A stretch of 64,000 bases of DNA from an uncultured Alphaproteobacteria bacterium (GCA_902584805.1 CACIBE010000002.1:67409-131408), one strand, 5' to 3'; shown: positions 36,021 to 47,292, counted from the first letter of the stretch. Numbers and translations: made by a program. Notes: generated by a model from the sequence alone, not told the origin.

Positions 36021-37449
36021 GATCTTTATCAGCAATTATTTCAGCTAATCTAAGTAGATTAGTAGTGCCAGCACTTCCAAATGGAACACCAGCAGAAATA
36101 ACAACGTTATCTCCTGGTTTTACTAATTTTTTATTTTTAGCAATTGAACATGCGATATTAACCATATCTTGTGCATTTTGAGCATCTTCTTGTGTATGGC
36201 AGGAGTTTACACCCCAATATAATTGCATTTTTCTTGTAGTGTTAATATTTGGAGATAAACCAACAATTTGAACTGGTGCTCTTTCTCTAGCCATTCTAGT
36301 CGTTGTTCTTCCACTTACAGAAAATGTAATTATTGCTTTTGCATCAGATTTTTTTGCAATTGAGTAAGCTGCTAAAGTTATTGCATCTGTATTATCTACA
36401 TCATCCACACTTTCTTGTATGATACGTAAGTCGTAATTATTTTTATCTTTTTCAACATTTTCTATTATTTTATTCATAGTTCTTACTACTTCTATTGGAT
36501 GAGCTCCAACGGCAGATTCACCAGATAACATTACAGCATCTGTTCCGTCATAAATAGCATTAGCAACATCAGATGCTTCTGCTCTAGTTGGTACAAGATT
36601 TTCAATCATACTTTCAAGCATTTGTGTAGCAACGACAACTGGTTTTCCAAAGTGCCTACATCTTTTTATAATATTTTTTTGGACTATTGGAACATGTTCT
36701 GGTGGCATTTCAACACCCAAATCACCTCTAGCTATCATAATACCATCTGCAGCATTTATAATATCATCAATATTTTTTACTGCTGAAGGTTTTTCAATTT
36801 TTGCCATTACGAGTGCTTTATTTTTAACTATTTTTTTTAGTTTGTGAATATCCTCTGCTTGTTGCACAAAAGAAAGTGCAACCCAATCAACTCCCATATC
36901 TAAAGCCTTCATAAGATCAGATTTATCTTTTTTGGTAAGTGCGTCTATAGGAAGAATTACATCAGGTATATTAACACCTTTATTATTTGAAATTTCAGCA
37001 TCATTTAAAACTTCTGTAATTAAACCATCTTTTTTTTGTTCAACAACTTGTAATCTAATCCTTCCATCATTTACTAATAAAATAGAATTAGGTGTTAAAA
37101 AATCATATATTTCTTCATGGGGAAAGTTAACCCTATTATTATCTCCGGGCTCAGTTGAAAGATCTAGTATAAAATTTTGACCTTTAACTAAATTTTCTTT
37201 TGTATTCTTAAATGTACCCACTCTTAACTTGGGTCCTTGTAAGTCAGCTAATATGCATGATGCATGATTATGTTTTTCTTCAAGAGATCTAATAGTTTCA
37301 TAATTTTTTCTATGAGCTTCTAAATCACCATGTGAAAAATTTAATCTAAAAACATCACATCCAGCCACAAACAAATCTTCTATTATTTTATTATCTGATG
37401 ATGCAGGTCCTAGTGTAGCTAAAATTTTAGCTTTTCTGTTACGTTTCAT
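36013..37449 (-). CDS. pyk: Pyruvate kinase
   Basis: KILATLGPAS, FRLNFSHG, IMIARGDLGVEMP, VATQMLESM, DGTDAVMLSGESA. Confidence 0.95.
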   Translation of the reverse strand: MKRNRKAKILATLGPASSDNKIIEDLFVAGCDVFRLNFSHGDLEAHRKNYETIRSLEEKHNHASCILADLQGPKLRVGTFKNTKENLVKGQNFILDLSTEPGDNNRVNFPHEEIYDFLTPNSILLVNDGRIRLQVVEQKKDGLITEVLNDAEISNNKGVNIPDVILPIDALTKKDKSDLMKALDMGVDWVALSFVQQAEDIHKLKKIVKNKALVMAKIEKPSAVKNIDDIINAADGIMIARGDLGVEMPPEHVPIVQKNIIKRCRHFGKPVVVATQMLESMIENLVPTRAEASDVANAIYDGTDAVMLSGESAVGAHPIEVVRTMNKIIENVEKDKNNYDLRIIQESVDDVDNTDAITLAAYSIAKKSDAKAIITFSVSGRTTTRMARERAPVQIVGLSPNINTTRKMQLYWGVNSCHTQEDAQNAQDMVNIACSIAKNKKLVKPGDNVVISAGVPFGSAGTTNLLRLAEIIADKDLK

Positions 37450-37502
37450 TAATTATTATATATATAACACAAAAAAAGATTTATATAATTTATTTACGTA
37501 AT

Positions 37503-37793
37503 ATGACTAAAAACTTTGATAGAGATTTACTTGCCGATGTTGCAGAAAGATTGATTAATCATCTAAAAAATAGAACAGATGTACAAAATATTGATTTAAT
37601 GAATTTGTCAGGTTTTTGCAGAAACTGTCTTTCAAAATGGTATGTAAGTGCTGCAGAGAAGAAAAATATTTCTATTTCATACGATGAAGCACGAGAAATG
37701 ATCTATGGTATGCCATACGTAGAGTGGAAAACAAAATTTCAAAAAGAAATCACTCCTGAACAAAAAGAAAAGTTTGATAAAGGAAAAACTTAA
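37503..37793 (+). CDS. DUF1244-family protein
   Basis: GFCRNCLSKWY...YDEAREMIYGMPYVEWKTKFQKEITPEQ matches my recollection of the DUF1244 consensus. Confidence 0.6.
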   Translation: MTKNFDRDLLADVAERLINHLKNRTDVQNIDLMNLSGFCRNCLSKWYVSAAEKKNISISYDEAREMIYGMPYVEWKTKFQKEITPEQKEKFDKGKT

Positions 37794-39592
37794 TATAGTT
37801 TTTCTAAATTCTCTCCATACATCTCTTTTACCTTAAACCTTCTTACTTTCATTGAAGGAGTCATCATATTGTTTTCAATTGTAAACTCGTGATCAATGAG
37901 AATAAATTTTCTTATTTGTTCAATACTAGAAAGGCTTTTATTAACTTTATCTACAACCTCTTTCATTTTTTTATTAAATGAAGAATCTTGAATTATTTTA
38001 TTTAAATTACCCTCAACATTATTTTCTTTTGCCCATTCTAAAGCTAAATCTTTATTAGGCACCAGGATTGCAACTAGGTAATTTTTGAAATCTCCATATA
38101 ACATTGATTGAGCAATTTCAGGTTCAATATCTAATTTTGCCTCTATCCTTGAAGGAGAAATATTATCTCCACCTGCATTTACAATAATATCTTTTTTCCT
38201 ATCCGTTATCTTTAAATAACCTTCGTCATCAAATTCACCAATATCACCTGTATGAACCCATCCATCAATTATAGTTTTATTAGTTGAATCAGGATCATTC
38301 CAATAACCATTCATAATTAGTTCACCACGAGCTAAAATTTCTCCATCTTCAGAAATTTTTACCTCATTTCCTTGAAGAACTTTTCCAACAGTATCTAATT
38401 TAATTTTTTCAGGAGGGTTTGCAGAAATAACAGGAGCTGTTTCAGTTTGTCCGTATCCTTGAAGTAGTGGAAGGCCAAGTGCGCTTAGGTATAATCCAAC
38501 TTCAAAATTTAGTGCTGCGCCTCCTGATATCAATGCTCTGAGACTTCCACCAAATCTTTTCTTAACTTTTTTTCTTACTATCCTATCCATCAATCCATTC
38601 ATAAATCTTTCAGAGAAAGTCATCTGCTCACCAAAATATTTTTTCTTACCTAGATTTAATGTAATTGCAAAGAAGCGCTGACTTAATTTACTTTGGTTTT
38701 TTAGACCTTGTGAAATACGTGTGTGTAAAGAGTCATAAAACCTTGGAACAGCTGTCATAAAATGTGGTGCTGCCTCAGCCATATTTACTAATAATTTATC
38801 TATACTTTCAGCGTAATAGATTTGTGCGCCTTGCCCCATTTCTAAAAATTGTAAAGTATGTTCATATGAATGAGATAAAGGTAACCATGATAAATATCTA
38901 ATTTCTTTTGTTAAATCACTAGTAAGACTCTCAAGTAATTTATCACAGGAAGCACAGTTTCTTAGCATGGCTCCATGACTTAACATCACTCCCTTAGGAT
39001 TACCTCCAGTACCTGATGTATAAATAATACATGCTGTATCTTTTCTTTTAAAATTTTTTGATAACTCTTCTATTTCATTAGAATTTTTATTTTTTTCTAA
39101 ATTGTTATTTATAATTTTTTTATATGATAAAATATTTACAACTTCCGCATAATTTTCATTATCATCATCAATTTTTATTACATTTTGACAATGTGAAATT
39201 TTTTCTATTGCAGGTAAAACTTTTTTCATTAACTCGTGTGATGATACGATGGCACATCTAGCACCAGAATGCTCAATAATATATTTATAGTCATTAGTTG
39301 TGCTCGTTGTATAAGCAGGTACTGAAATTGCTCCTATGGACATTATTGCTAAATCAGTGATTTGCCATTCAGGTCTATTTTCAGATAAAATTAATACTCT
39401 ATCTCCTTCTAAAATACCTAGATCTCTTAAGTATGTTGCTAAACTTTCGACTTGTTCTTTTACTTGTAACCAACTTAAAGAAACATATTTATCATTCTCT
39501 TTCTTCCATAAATATGGTTGATCTTTTAAATTATTTGCTTGATGATAAAATATACCCGGTATGCTATTAAATTCGTCAAAATTAACAATCAT
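37790..39592 (-). CDS. Long-chain-fatty-acid--CoA ligase (AMP-dependent synthetase)
   Basis: AMP-binding motif IYTSGTGGNPKGVMLSH, GYGQTET, TGDIGEFDDEGYLKITDRKKD. Length is 600 aa. Confidence 0.85.
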   Translation of the reverse strand: MIVNFDEFNSIPGIFYHQANNLKDQPYLWKKENDKYVSLSWLQVKEQVESLATYLRDLGILEGDRVLILSENRPEWQITDLAIMSIGAISVPAYTTSTTNDYKYIIEHSGARCAIVSSHELMKKVLPAIEKISHCQNVIKIDDDNENYAEVVNILSYKKIINNNLEKNKNSNEIEELSKNFKRKDTACIIYTSGTGGNPKGVMLSHGAMLRNCASCDKLLESLTSDLTKEIRYLSWLPLSHSYEHTLQFLEMGQGAQIYYAESIDKLLVNMAEAAPHFMTAVPRFYDSLHTRISQGLKNQSKLSQRFFAITLNLGKKKYFGEQMTFSERFMNGLMDRIVRKKVKKRFGGSLRALISGGAALNFEVGLYLSALGLPLLQGYGQTETAPVISANPPEKIKLDTVGKVLQGNEVKISEDGEILARGELIMNGYWNDPDSTNKTIIDGWVHTGDIGEFDDEGYLKITDRKKDIIVNAGGDNISPSRIEAKLDIEPEIAQSMLYGDFKNYLVAILVPNKDLALEWAKENNVEGNLNKIIQDSSFNKKMKEVVDKVNKSLSSIEQIRKFILIDHEFTIENNMMTPSMKVRRFKVKEMYGENLEKLY

Positions 39593-39648
39593 GCTTTCTA
39601 TCCTCCCTACAAAGCTAAGATATTAGACCTATATCGAAATAGTAAAAT

Positions 39649-41445
39649 ATGAAACAAAAAAATTATCAAAATTCAACAAAAAATACCCTTGGCAAACTAC
39701 CAGTTTGGAATTTAAAGGATTTGTATGAATCGCCAAAAGCGAAGAAGCTCAATAATGATTTAAATAAGCTCAGAATATCGACTAAGAAATTTGAGAAAAA
39801 ATACGCGTCCAAAATCACCAAGATTAGTTCCAATCAACTTTTAAAAGCCATTATAGAGTTAGAGGATATTGATACAAAGATAGATAAAATTATGTCTTAT
39901 GCACATCTATTAGTTGCAGAGGATGGTAACAATGAAAAGAATAAAATTTTTTATCAACAAATGCAGGAGCAAATAACAAATATTGCCTCCTCAATTGTCT
40001 TCTTTAGTCTTGAAATTAATGAAATTTCTGAAAAAAATTTAAAAAAAATTTATGCTGATAAAAAACTAAAGATTTATAAAAACTGGATAAAAAATATTCG
40101 AAAATTCAAACCTTATCAATTGGATGTTAAAACAGAAAAATTACTTCAGGAAAAAAGTATTACTTCTAGATCAGCCTGGGTTAGACTATTTGATGATACA
40201 ATTGCCTCACTTAAGTTCCCCTTTAAGGGAAAAAATTTATCTAGTGCTGAAATTTTTAATTTTCTTTCTGATAAAAAAGAAGCAAATCGTAAAAAATCAG
40301 CTGAGGTAGTATCTGCTGTTTTAAAAGATAACATTACTTTATTTACATCTATTACTAATAATCTTGCAAAAGACAAATCAATCAATGATAAATGGAGAGG
40401 ATTGCCAAATCCAGTCAGTTCAAGAAATTTATCTAACGTTGTTGAAGATGAAGTTGTAGAAGCCTTAAGTGAAACAATAATAGATAATTATCCAAAAATT
40501 GCTCATCGTTATTATAAAATAAAATCTAAATGGCTAAAAAAGAAATCTTTAATGTATTGGGACAGAAATGCACCTCTTCCTTTCCAATCACAGAGTATTT
40601 ATTCCTGGAAAGATGCAAGACAAATTGTAACTAATGCTTATTCAAATTTTGATAAGAGAGCAGGAAATATTGTAAATAAATTTTTTGATAATTCATGGAT
40701 ACACGCTCCAGTAAAACTAGGTAAATCTCCTGGTGCTTTCGCTGCCTCTACTGTTCCATCAGTTCATCCATTCATACTTGTTAATTATCAAGGCAAAGCA
40801 AGAGATATAGCTACGCTCGCTCATGAACTAGGACATGGAATCCATCAATATTTAGCAGGACAAAAACAAACTTATTTTAATTCTTCAACTCCGTTAACTC
40901 TTGCTGAAACAGCAAGTGTTTTTGGGGAAATGTTAACTTTTAAATCTCTTTTATCTATTACGACAAAAGAAAATGAACGTAAGGGGCTTTTAGCAAACAA
41001 AGTCGAAGATATGCTAAACACAGTTGTAAGGCAGATTGCATTTTTTGAATTTGAAAAACGTATTCATCATCAAAGAAAAATTAAAGAATTAAGTGTTGAT
41101 GAGATTTGTGAAATTTGGATTGATGTTCAAAAGAAAAGTTTAGGACCTTCAATAAAATTTAATGATGATTATAAATATTTCTGGAGCTACATACCCCATT
41201 TTATTCATTCACCATTTTATGTTTATGCATATGCTTTTGGTGATTGTCTTGTCAATTCTCTTTTTAATGTTTACGAAAGTAAACTCCCTAAATTTGAAGA
41301 CAAATACATTACTTTGTTAGAGAGTGGTGGTAGTGATACATATGATAAACTATTGAAGCCTTTTGGGTTAAATCCGAAGAAAAAAGATTTCTGGCAAAAA
41401 GGAGTTAATGTTATTGAGAATTTGATTGACCAATTAGAAGAATAA
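39649..41445 (+). CDS. pepF: Oligoendopeptidase F family (M3B) metallopeptidase
   Basis: Zinc motif HELGHGIH with downstream AETASVFGE. Length 598 aa, with M3-type N-terminal helical region. Confidence 0.85.
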   Translation: MKQKNYQNSTKNTLGKLPVWNLKDLYESPKAKKLNNDLNKLRISTKKFEKKYASKITKISSNQLLKAIIELEDIDTKIDKIMSYAHLLVAEDGNNEKNKIFYQQMQEQITNIASSIVFFSLEINEISEKNLKKIYADKKLKIYKNWIKNIRKFKPYQLDVKTEKLLQEKSITSRSAWVRLFDDTIASLKFPFKGKNLSSAEIFNFLSDKKEANRKKSAEVVSAVLKDNITLFTSITNNLAKDKSINDKWRGLPNPVSSRNLSNVVEDEVVEALSETIIDNYPKIAHRYYKIKSKWLKKKSLMYWDRNAPLPFQSQSIYSWKDARQIVTNAYSNFDKRAGNIVNKFFDNSWIHAPVKLGKSPGAFAASTVPSVHPFILVNYQGKARDIATLAHELGHGIHQYLAGQKQTYFNSSTPLTLAETASVFGEMLTFKSLLSITTKENERKGLLANKVEDMLNTVVRQIAFFEFEKRIHHQRKIKELSVDEICEIWIDVQKKSLGPSIKFNDDYKYFWSYIPHFIHSPFYVYAYAFGDCLVNSLFNVYESKLPKFEDKYITLLESGGSDTYDKLLKPFGLNPKKKDFWQKGVNVIENLIDQLEE

Positions 41446-41450
41446 AATTG

Positions 41451-42794
41451 ATGAAAGATAAAGAAGCAAAGTCTCTAACAAAACAACTTACCAGGTATGC
41501 CAAAGTCGGCGGTGTTGTTGGAAAATTAGCCACTAAACTTGCAAGTCAAAGATATTTAGGTGTTAAGTTAGATAAAGAAAAACATGCTTCAGAAATAAGA
41601 GCTGCTCTTGGAAGTATTAAAGGCCCATTAATGAAAGTGGCACAATTATCAGCAACTATACCTGACTTACTTCCTGATGAGTATGCGCAAGAGCTTATGC
41701 ATTTACAGTCTAATGCTCCACCGATGGGATGGTTGTTTGTTAAAAGAAGAATGGCTGCAGAATTAAAGCAGGACTGGCAAAAAAATTTTATTGATTTTGA
41801 TAAAGAAGCAACAAGAGCAGCTTCTCTTGGACAAGTTCATAAAGCTAAAATTAAAAATGATGATATAGTCGCTTGCAAACTCCAATACCCAGACATGGCT
41901 TCAGCAGTGAGTGCTGATCTTTCACAATTAAAAATGATTTTTTCAATTTATCAGTCCTATAATAAAGCGATCAAAACTGATGAAGTATACAAAGAAATTA
42001 CTGACAGACTTAAAGAAGAGCTAGATTACGAAAGAGAAAAAAAATTAATGGCTGTATTTAGAAATATATTTTCAAATATAAATTTTGTTCATGTCCCAAA
42101 AACCTATGATAAATTATCTACAAAAAGATTGCTAACTATGAGTTGGCTAGATGGCGAGCCAATTTTAAATTTTAAAAAATCCCCTAAAGAAACAAGAAAT
42201 ACATTAGCGGCTAATATGTATAAAGCGTGGTATAAACCATTCTTTGAATACGGAGTGCTTCACGGCGATCCACATTTAGGAAATTATTCTGTACAAAAAA
42301 AAGACCTCAGTATTAATATATATGATTTTGGTTGTATGAGAATTTTTAATGGTAATTTCATTCAAGGTGTAATTGACTTATATTTTGCTCTTCAAGAAAA
42401 AAACAATTCAAAGGCAGTTCATGCATACGAGCAATGGGGATTTACAGATATTACAAAAGATAAATTAAAAGTATTAAATAAATGGGCAGGATTTTTATAT
42501 TCACCTTTGATGGAAGATAAAGTTCAAAAAATACAAGAAAGTGATAGTGGTATATATGGAGCGCAAATTGCATCTGAAGTTCATCAAGAACTTAAAAAAC
42601 TAGGTGGTGTTAAACCTCCAAAAGAATTTGTGTTCATGGATAGAGCAGCAGTAGGACTAGGTTCAGTATTTATGCATTTAAAAGCAGAAGTTAATTGGTA
42701 CAGAATATTCCATGAGCTTATTGAAGATTTTAACTCAAAAAAATTAATGAAAAACCAACAAAAAGCTTTAAATTTAGCAAACCTATCAATATAA
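41451..42794 (+). CDS. ABC1/UbiB-family atypical kinase
   Basis: GPLMKVAQLSATIPDLLPDEY, AASLGQVHKA, HGDPHLGN. ATG at 41451 (track start is a TTG at 41448). Confidence 0.8.
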   Translation: MKDKEAKSLTKQLTRYAKVGGVVGKLATKLASQRYLGVKLDKEKHASEIRAALGSIKGPLMKVAQLSATIPDLLPDEYAQELMHLQSNAPPMGWLFVKRRMAAELKQDWQKNFIDFDKEATRAASLGQVHKAKIKNDDIVACKLQYPDMASAVSADLSQLKMIFSIYQSYNKAIKTDEVYKEITDRLKEELDYEREKKLMAVFRNIFSNINFVHVPKTYDKLSTKRLLTMSWLDGEPILNFKKSPKETRNTLAANMYKAWYKPFFEYGVLHGDPHLGNYSVQKKDLSINIYDFGCMRIFNGNFIQGVIDLYFALQEKNNSKAVHAYEQWGFTDITKDKLKVLNKWAGFLYSPLMEDKVQKIQESDSGIYGAQIASEVHQELKKLGGVKPPKEFVFMDRAAVGLGSVFMHLKAEVNWYRIFHELIEDFNSKKLMKNQQKALNLANLSI

Positions 42795-42800
42795 GAACTC

Positions 42801-43922
42801 ATGCTCTTATCTGCTATTAAAGAAAATGATAACAATGAGACAAGAGTCTCTATTTCCCCTGAGTCGGTAAAGCTTTTTTCTAGACTAGGTTTTGAAGTTA
42901 TAATTGAAAATGGAGCGGGAGAAACTTCAGGATATCAGAATTCAAATTATGAAGAAGCTGGAGCAAAAATTGTTACTAGATCTGAATGCTTGAAGGCTGA
43001 TGTTTGTTTATGTGTTAGGATGCCAAGTACTGATGATATAAATAACTTAAAAAGTAATTCATTACTTATTGGAATTTTAAATCCATATGAAAATAAATCT
43101 GAATTTTCTAATTTAAACAAAAACAAAATATCATCTTGTTGCATGGAATTAATTCCTAGAATAAGTAGAGCACAAAGTATGGATGTTCTATCATCTCAAG
43201 CTAACTTAGCGGGGTATAGAAGTGTCATTGATGCAGCTGAGCAATTTGGAAAAGCTTTTCCAATGATGATGACTGCAGCTGGAAGAGTAAATCCAGCAAA
43301 AGTTATGATACTTGGTGTTGGAGTTGCAGGTTTACAAGCTATAGCAACAGCAAAAAGACTTGGCGCAGTAGTGTCTGCCACTGATGTAAGAGCAGCAACC
43401 AAGGAACAAGTTGAAAGTCTTGGTGGAAAATTCATAATGGTTGAAGATGATGAAGCTCAAAATGCTGAAACGGCAGGTGGTTATGCAAAGGAAATGAGTG
43501 AAGATTACAAGAAAAAACAAGCTCAACTGATAGCTGAAACAGTTTCAAAACAAGATATAGTAATTTGTACAGCTCTTATTCCTGGGAAAAAAGCTCCAGT
43601 TTTAATCACAGAAGAAATGGTTTCTTCCATGATACCAGGTTCAGTAGTAATTGATTTAGCTGTGGAAGCAGGTGGTAATTGCCCTTTAAGTAAAATGAAT
43701 GAAATAGTAGTGCATAATGGAGTAAAAATCGTTGGTTATGGAAATGTTCCTGGAAGAGTGGCTAAAGATGCCTCAGCACTGTATGCTAAAAATATTTTTA
43801 ACTTCTTAAGTTTATTAATTGATAAAGAAAATAAAAAAATAAATTTTGATTTTGATGATGAAATAATTAATTCTGTTTTGCTAACACATGACGGGGATGT
43901 AAGATTGGAGCAATTTAAGTAA
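42801..43922 (+). CDS. pntAA: NAD(P) transhydrogenase subunit alpha, part 1 (dI)
   Basis: ETRVSISPESVKL, AlaDH/PNT fold, VMILGVGVAGLQAIATAKRLGA. It precedes the short membrane alpha-2 subunit and the beta subunit. Confidence 0.9.
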   Translation: MLLSAIKENDNNETRVSISPESVKLFSRLGFEVIIENGAGETSGYQNSNYEEAGAKIVTRSECLKADVCLCVRMPSTDDINNLKSNSLLIGILNPYENKSEFSNLNKNKISSCCMELIPRISRAQSMDVLSSQANLAGYRSVIDAAEQFGKAFPMMMTAAGRVNPAKVMILGVGVAGLQAIATAKRLGAVVSATDVRAATKEQVESLGGKFIMVEDDEAQNAETAGGYAKEMSEDYKKKQAQLIAETVSKQDIVICTALIPGKKAPVLITEEMVSSMIPGSVVIDLAVEAGGNCPLSKMNEIVVHNGVKIVGYGNVPGRVAKDASALYAKNIFNFLSLLIDKENKKINFDFDDEIINSVLLTHDGDVRLEQFK

Positions 43923-43923
43923 T

Positions 43924-44241
43924 ATGGAAGCACATTCTTCAGAAGTTTTTGTTATTGGACTAACAGTATTTTTCTTAGCTTGTATCATTGGTTATTATGT
44001 AGTTTGGTCAGTTACTCCTGCTCTACATAGTCCATTGATGGGTGTGACAAATGCAATATCAAGTGTGATTATAGTTGGGGCAATATTGGCAGCTGGTCCT
44101 CAAGGTTTTGATACTTCAAAAATTTTTGGATTAATTGGTGTTGTATTAGCTTCAGTTAATATTTTTGGAGGTTTCTTAGTAACATATCGAATGCTTTCAA
44201 TGTTTAAGAAAAAAACTAAAAAAACAAAGGAAAAAGAATAA
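43924..44241 (+). CDS. pntAB: NAD(P) transhydrogenase subunit alpha, part 2 (membrane)
   Basis: 105 aa, 3 TM helices, LHSPLMGVTNAISSVIIVGA motif. Confidence 0.9.
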   Translation: MEAHSSEVFVIGLTVFFLACIIGYYVVWSVTPALHSPLMGVTNAISSVIIVGAILAAGPQGFDTSKIFGLIGVVLASVNIFGGFLVTYRMLSMFKKKTKKTKEKE

Positions 44242-45635
44242 TGTCTTCTAACATGGTTGCGATATTATATTTAATTTCTGCGTTATTATTTATCTTTGCT
44301 CTAAGAGGTTTATCTCACCCTGAATCTTCAAGAATGGGTAACATTTTTGGTGTAATTGGAATGATTATAGCGGTGTTCACAACGCTAATGTTCAAATCAG
44401 TACTTAGTTATTATGAAATTGGTGCCGCGATACTTATTGGTGGTGCAATAGGTTCATTTATTGCTCTACGAATTGAGATGACAGCATTACCTCAATTGGT
44501 GGCTGCTTTTCATAGCTTAGTAGGTTTAGCTGCTGTATTTGTTGCTGCTGCTGCATTCTATGATCCCCTAGCTTTTAGTATTGGTAAAGTTGGTTCGATT
44601 AAAACTGCTAGTTTAGTTGAAATGAGTATTGGAACATTTATTGGTGCTATCACTTTCTCTGGTTCAGTTTTAGCTTTTGGAAAATTACAAGGTACAATTT
44701 CAGGAAAGCCAATAGTATTTAAGTTCCAGCATCTTATAAATGCAATAATTTTCCTTCTAATTATTTTCTTGATTGTATTATTTGTAATTAATCAATCTCC
44801 AACAATCTTTTGGACAATAGTCATTGTTTCAATATTACTAGGATTTCTTGTAGTAATTCCTATTGGCGGAGCCGATATGCCAGTTGTCGTTTCTATGTTA
44901 AACTCTTATTCAGGTTGGGCAGCTTGTGGCATAGGATTTACCCTAAGTAATAATCTCTTAATTATAACTGGTGCTCTTGTTGGAGCGTCTGGTGCAATAT
45001 TGAGTTATATAATGAGCAAAGGGATGAATAGATCCATTATTAATGTTGTTCTAGGAGGTTTTGGTGGTGAGCAAGACACTAGTGCTAGTAAGGATAATTC
45101 AGACAAAATTGTTAAACAAGGTAATGCAGAGGATGCGGCATATATAATGAAAAACGCGGACTCTGTAATTATTGTACCAGGATATGGAATGGCTGTAGCA
45201 CAAGCCCAACATGCTTTAAGAGAAATGGGTGACATATTAAAAAAAGAGGGAATAGAGGTAAGATATGCAATACATCCAGTTGCTGGAAGAATGCCAGGTC
45301 ATATGAATGTTTTATTAGCTGAAGCTAATGTTCCTTATGAAGAAGTCTTAGAGCTAGATGAAATTAATCATGATTTTCCTATGACAGAGGTTTCTTTTGT
45401 TATTGGAGCAAATGATGTAACGAATCCAGCTGCAAAAACTGATGAGTCCTCTCCTATTTTTGGTATGCCTATTTTAGATGTAGAAAAATCCCAAAGTGTT
45501 TTATTCGTAAAACGTTCAATGGCAACTGGTTATTCTGGAGTTGATAATGAGTTGTTTTATAGAGATAATACGACTATGCTATTCGGTGATGCTAAAAAAA
45601 TGTGTGAGGATATAGTAAAAAGTCTGTCTGCTTAA
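44241..45635 (+). CDS. pntB: NAD(P) transhydrogenase subunit beta
   Basis: Multi-TM N-terminal half, GGADMPVV, C-terminal dIII domain ([31 protein letters not shown]). Confidence 0.95.
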   Translation: MSSNMVAILYLISALLFIFALRGLSHPESSRMGNIFGVIGMIIAVFTTLMFKSVLSYYEIGAAILIGGAIGSFIALRIEMTALPQLVAAFHSLVGLAAVFVAAAAFYDPLAFSIGKVGSIKTASLVEMSIGTFIGAITFSGSVLAFGKLQGTISGKPIVFKFQHLINAIIFLLIIFLIVLFVINQSPTIFWTIVIVSILLGFLVVIPIGGADMPVVVSMLNSYSGWAACGIGFTLSNNLLIITGALVGASGAILSYIMSKGMNRSIINVVLGGFGGEQDTSASKDNSDKIVKQGNAEDAAYIMKNADSVIIVPGYGMAVAQAQHALREMGDILKKEGIEVRYAIHPVAGRMPGHMNVLLAEANVPYEEVLELDEINHDFPMTEVSFVIGANDVTNPAAKTDESSPIFGMPILDVEKSQSVLFVKRSMATGYSGVDNELFYRDNTTMLFGDAKKMCEDIVKSLSA

Positions 45636-45829
45636 TCGTTACTTCTTTTTGCTGATTTTCTAGCTCTTCTGATATTTTCTTCTTTTACTCTAGCACGTTT
45701 CAAACAAGGTTTTTCATAATGTTTACGAAGTTTCATTTCTTTATATAAACCTTCGCGCTGCATTTTCTTTTTTAGCGTTCTAATTGCTTGTTCTACATTA
45801 TTATCTTTTACGTTTACAAAAAGTGTCAT
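45632..45829 (-). CDS. rpsU: 30S ribosomal protein S21
   Basis: [36 protein letters not shown] prefer the ATG at 45829 ([11 protein letters not shown]) to the track start at 45847. Confidence 0.9.
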   Translation of the reverse strand: MTLFVNVKDNNVEQAIRTLKKKMQREGLYKEMKLRKHYEKPCLKRARVKEENIRRARKSAKRSND

Positions 45830-45922
45830 GGGGCGGGCTAGTAACATAAACTCATAATATTTGCAAACGGATATATTGAATTAATCTATTGGTATATTAG
45901 AAAAAATACTTATATTTATTGT

Positions 45923-46453
45923 GTGTCTATTCTCAAAATATCAAAAATTGGCCATCCCATCTTACTAAAAGAATGTTCTGAGATAAAAGAATTCTCTTCA
46001 GATTCTCTAAAAAAAATAGTTTATGATATGTCTGAAACAATGCTTGACTATAACGGTATTGGTTTAGCTGCACCCCAAGTACATATTTCAAAGAAAATAA
46101 TAGTATTTCGTAATCCTGATAATGAAGAGAAAGAAAAAATTGAGATAACACCATTAATAAATCCTATTTTTACACCCATGGGAAAAGAAACTGAGGATGA
46201 TTGGGAAGGTTGTTTATCAATACCTGGTATGCAGGGTTTAGTTAGAAGATTTAAAAAAATCAAATATTCTGGATTTGATCTTGATGGTAAAGAAATTGAA
46301 AATGAAGTTGAAGGCTTGCACGCAAGGGTAGTACAACATGAGGTAGATCACTTAAATGGCATTTTGTATACATCACGTTTAGCACATAAAAATGCTTTTG
46401 GTTTTGAAAAAGAAATAACTACATATTGGAAAAATGAACAAAACAGAAAATAA
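45923..46453 (+). CDS. def: Peptide deformylase
   Basis: GIGLAAPQV, EGCLSIPG, HEVDHLNG metal-binding motifs. GTG start. Confidence 0.9.
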   Translation: MSILKISKIGHPILLKECSEIKEFSSDSLKKIVYDMSETMLDYNGIGLAAPQVHISKKIIVFRNPDNEEKEKIEITPLINPIFTPMGKETEDDWEGCLSIPGMQGLVRRFKKIKYSGFDLDGKEIENEVEGLHARVVQHEVDHLNGILYTSRLAHKNAFGFEKEITTYWKNEQNRK

Positions 46454-47051
46454 AAAAAAAGAAGATATTCTCAAAAAAGCAAAAAAAATTGTATCAATTG
46501 AAGGTTGGTCATCAGAAGTATTTTCAAAATTACAAAAGCAAAATATAGAAAAAAATGATTTATTCTATTTTTTCCCTGATGGATATAAAGATTTATTAGA
46601 ATATGCTTTACAAAATATTAATGAAAAACTTGAATATAAATTAAAAAAAATTAATTTAATTAATTTTCCAATTAACAAAAGAATAAAAAAAATATTATTA
46701 TTACGATTTGATATATTAAATGAAGATAAAGAATTTTATAAAAAAACCTTTAACCATCTTTTGCTACCCACAAATAACAAAATATCAAAAAAGAGTTTAT
46801 ATAATTCAGTAAGTACAATGTGGTATTTAGCTGGTGATAATTCAACAGATTTCAATTTTTATACAAAAAGACTGATTTTATCAGGAGTATATACCAATGC
46901 CTTGTTCGTTTTTTTTTCAAAAGAAATGAAGCATGTTGAAGAAAATATTGATAAAAATCTTAAGAGAATATCAAAAATTCCAAGAATTAAGGAAAGAATA
47001 TCTTTTATTAAGGATAACGCTCCTAAATTTTTAAAAAGTTTTTTAACTTAA
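46434..47051 (+). CDS. COQ9-like / 'rpsU-divergently transcribed' family protein
   Basis: 205 aa, helical. The N-terminal IVSIEGWS...FPDGYKDLLEY pattern and the position opposite rpsU match the alphaproteobacterial TIGR02396/COQ9 family as I recall it. Confidence 0.5.
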   Translation: MNKTENKKKEDILKKAKKIVSIEGWSSEVFSKLQKQNIEKNDLFYFFPDGYKDLLEYALQNINEKLEYKLKKINLINFPINKRIKKILLLRFDILNEDKEFYKKTFNHLLLPTNNKISKKSLYNSVSTMWYLAGDNSTDFNFYTKRLILSGVYTNALFVFFSKEMKHVEENIDKNLKRISKIPRIKERISFIKDNAPKFLKSFLT

Positions 47052-47248
47052 GCTATACTATCTGGCTCTAATTTATTTTGAATTTCTAATATTTTATCTT
47101 TTAGGATTAATTTTCTTTTTTTTAACCTTTGAATTTGTAAAAAATCTACAGTATTTTTTTCTTGAAGCCGAATGAGTATTTCATCAAGATCTCTGTGTTC
47201 TTGTTCAAAATTTTTTAGAATTTCTATAAGTTTGTTAATGTCATCCAT
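47048..47248 (-). CDS. DUF465 (YdcH-like) small coiled-coil protein
   Basis: HRDLDEILIRL...LQIQRLKKRKLILKDKI fits DUF465. ATG at 47248. The track's longer N-terminus (to 47320) is hydrophobic junk that overlaps the pfk start. Confidence 0.6.
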   Translation of the reverse strand: MDDINKLIEILKNFEQEHRDLDEILIRLQEKNTVDFLQIQRLKKRKLILKDKILEIQNKLEPDSIA

Positions 47249-47292
47249 GAAAATAAATAAGTAAAAATATAATAATAGTATATAAACGCCCT

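Noticed and set aside
42947-43933. Antisense ORFs within pntAA (42947..43144, 43196..43435, 43332..43526, 43736..43933)
   Set aside because: They lie entirely inside a gene with unambiguous PntAA motifs. Their translations are Ala/Thr/Ser/Pro-rich shadows of the Gly/Ala-rich Rossmann region.
45831-45838. GC island (GGGCGGGC) immediately upstream of the preferred rpsU start
   Set aside because: It is striking in an AT-rich genome, but it is not complementary to an anti-SD-type sequence and forms no hairpin with its neighbours. It could simply be codons of the longer alternative ORF (start at 45847). No function can be supported.
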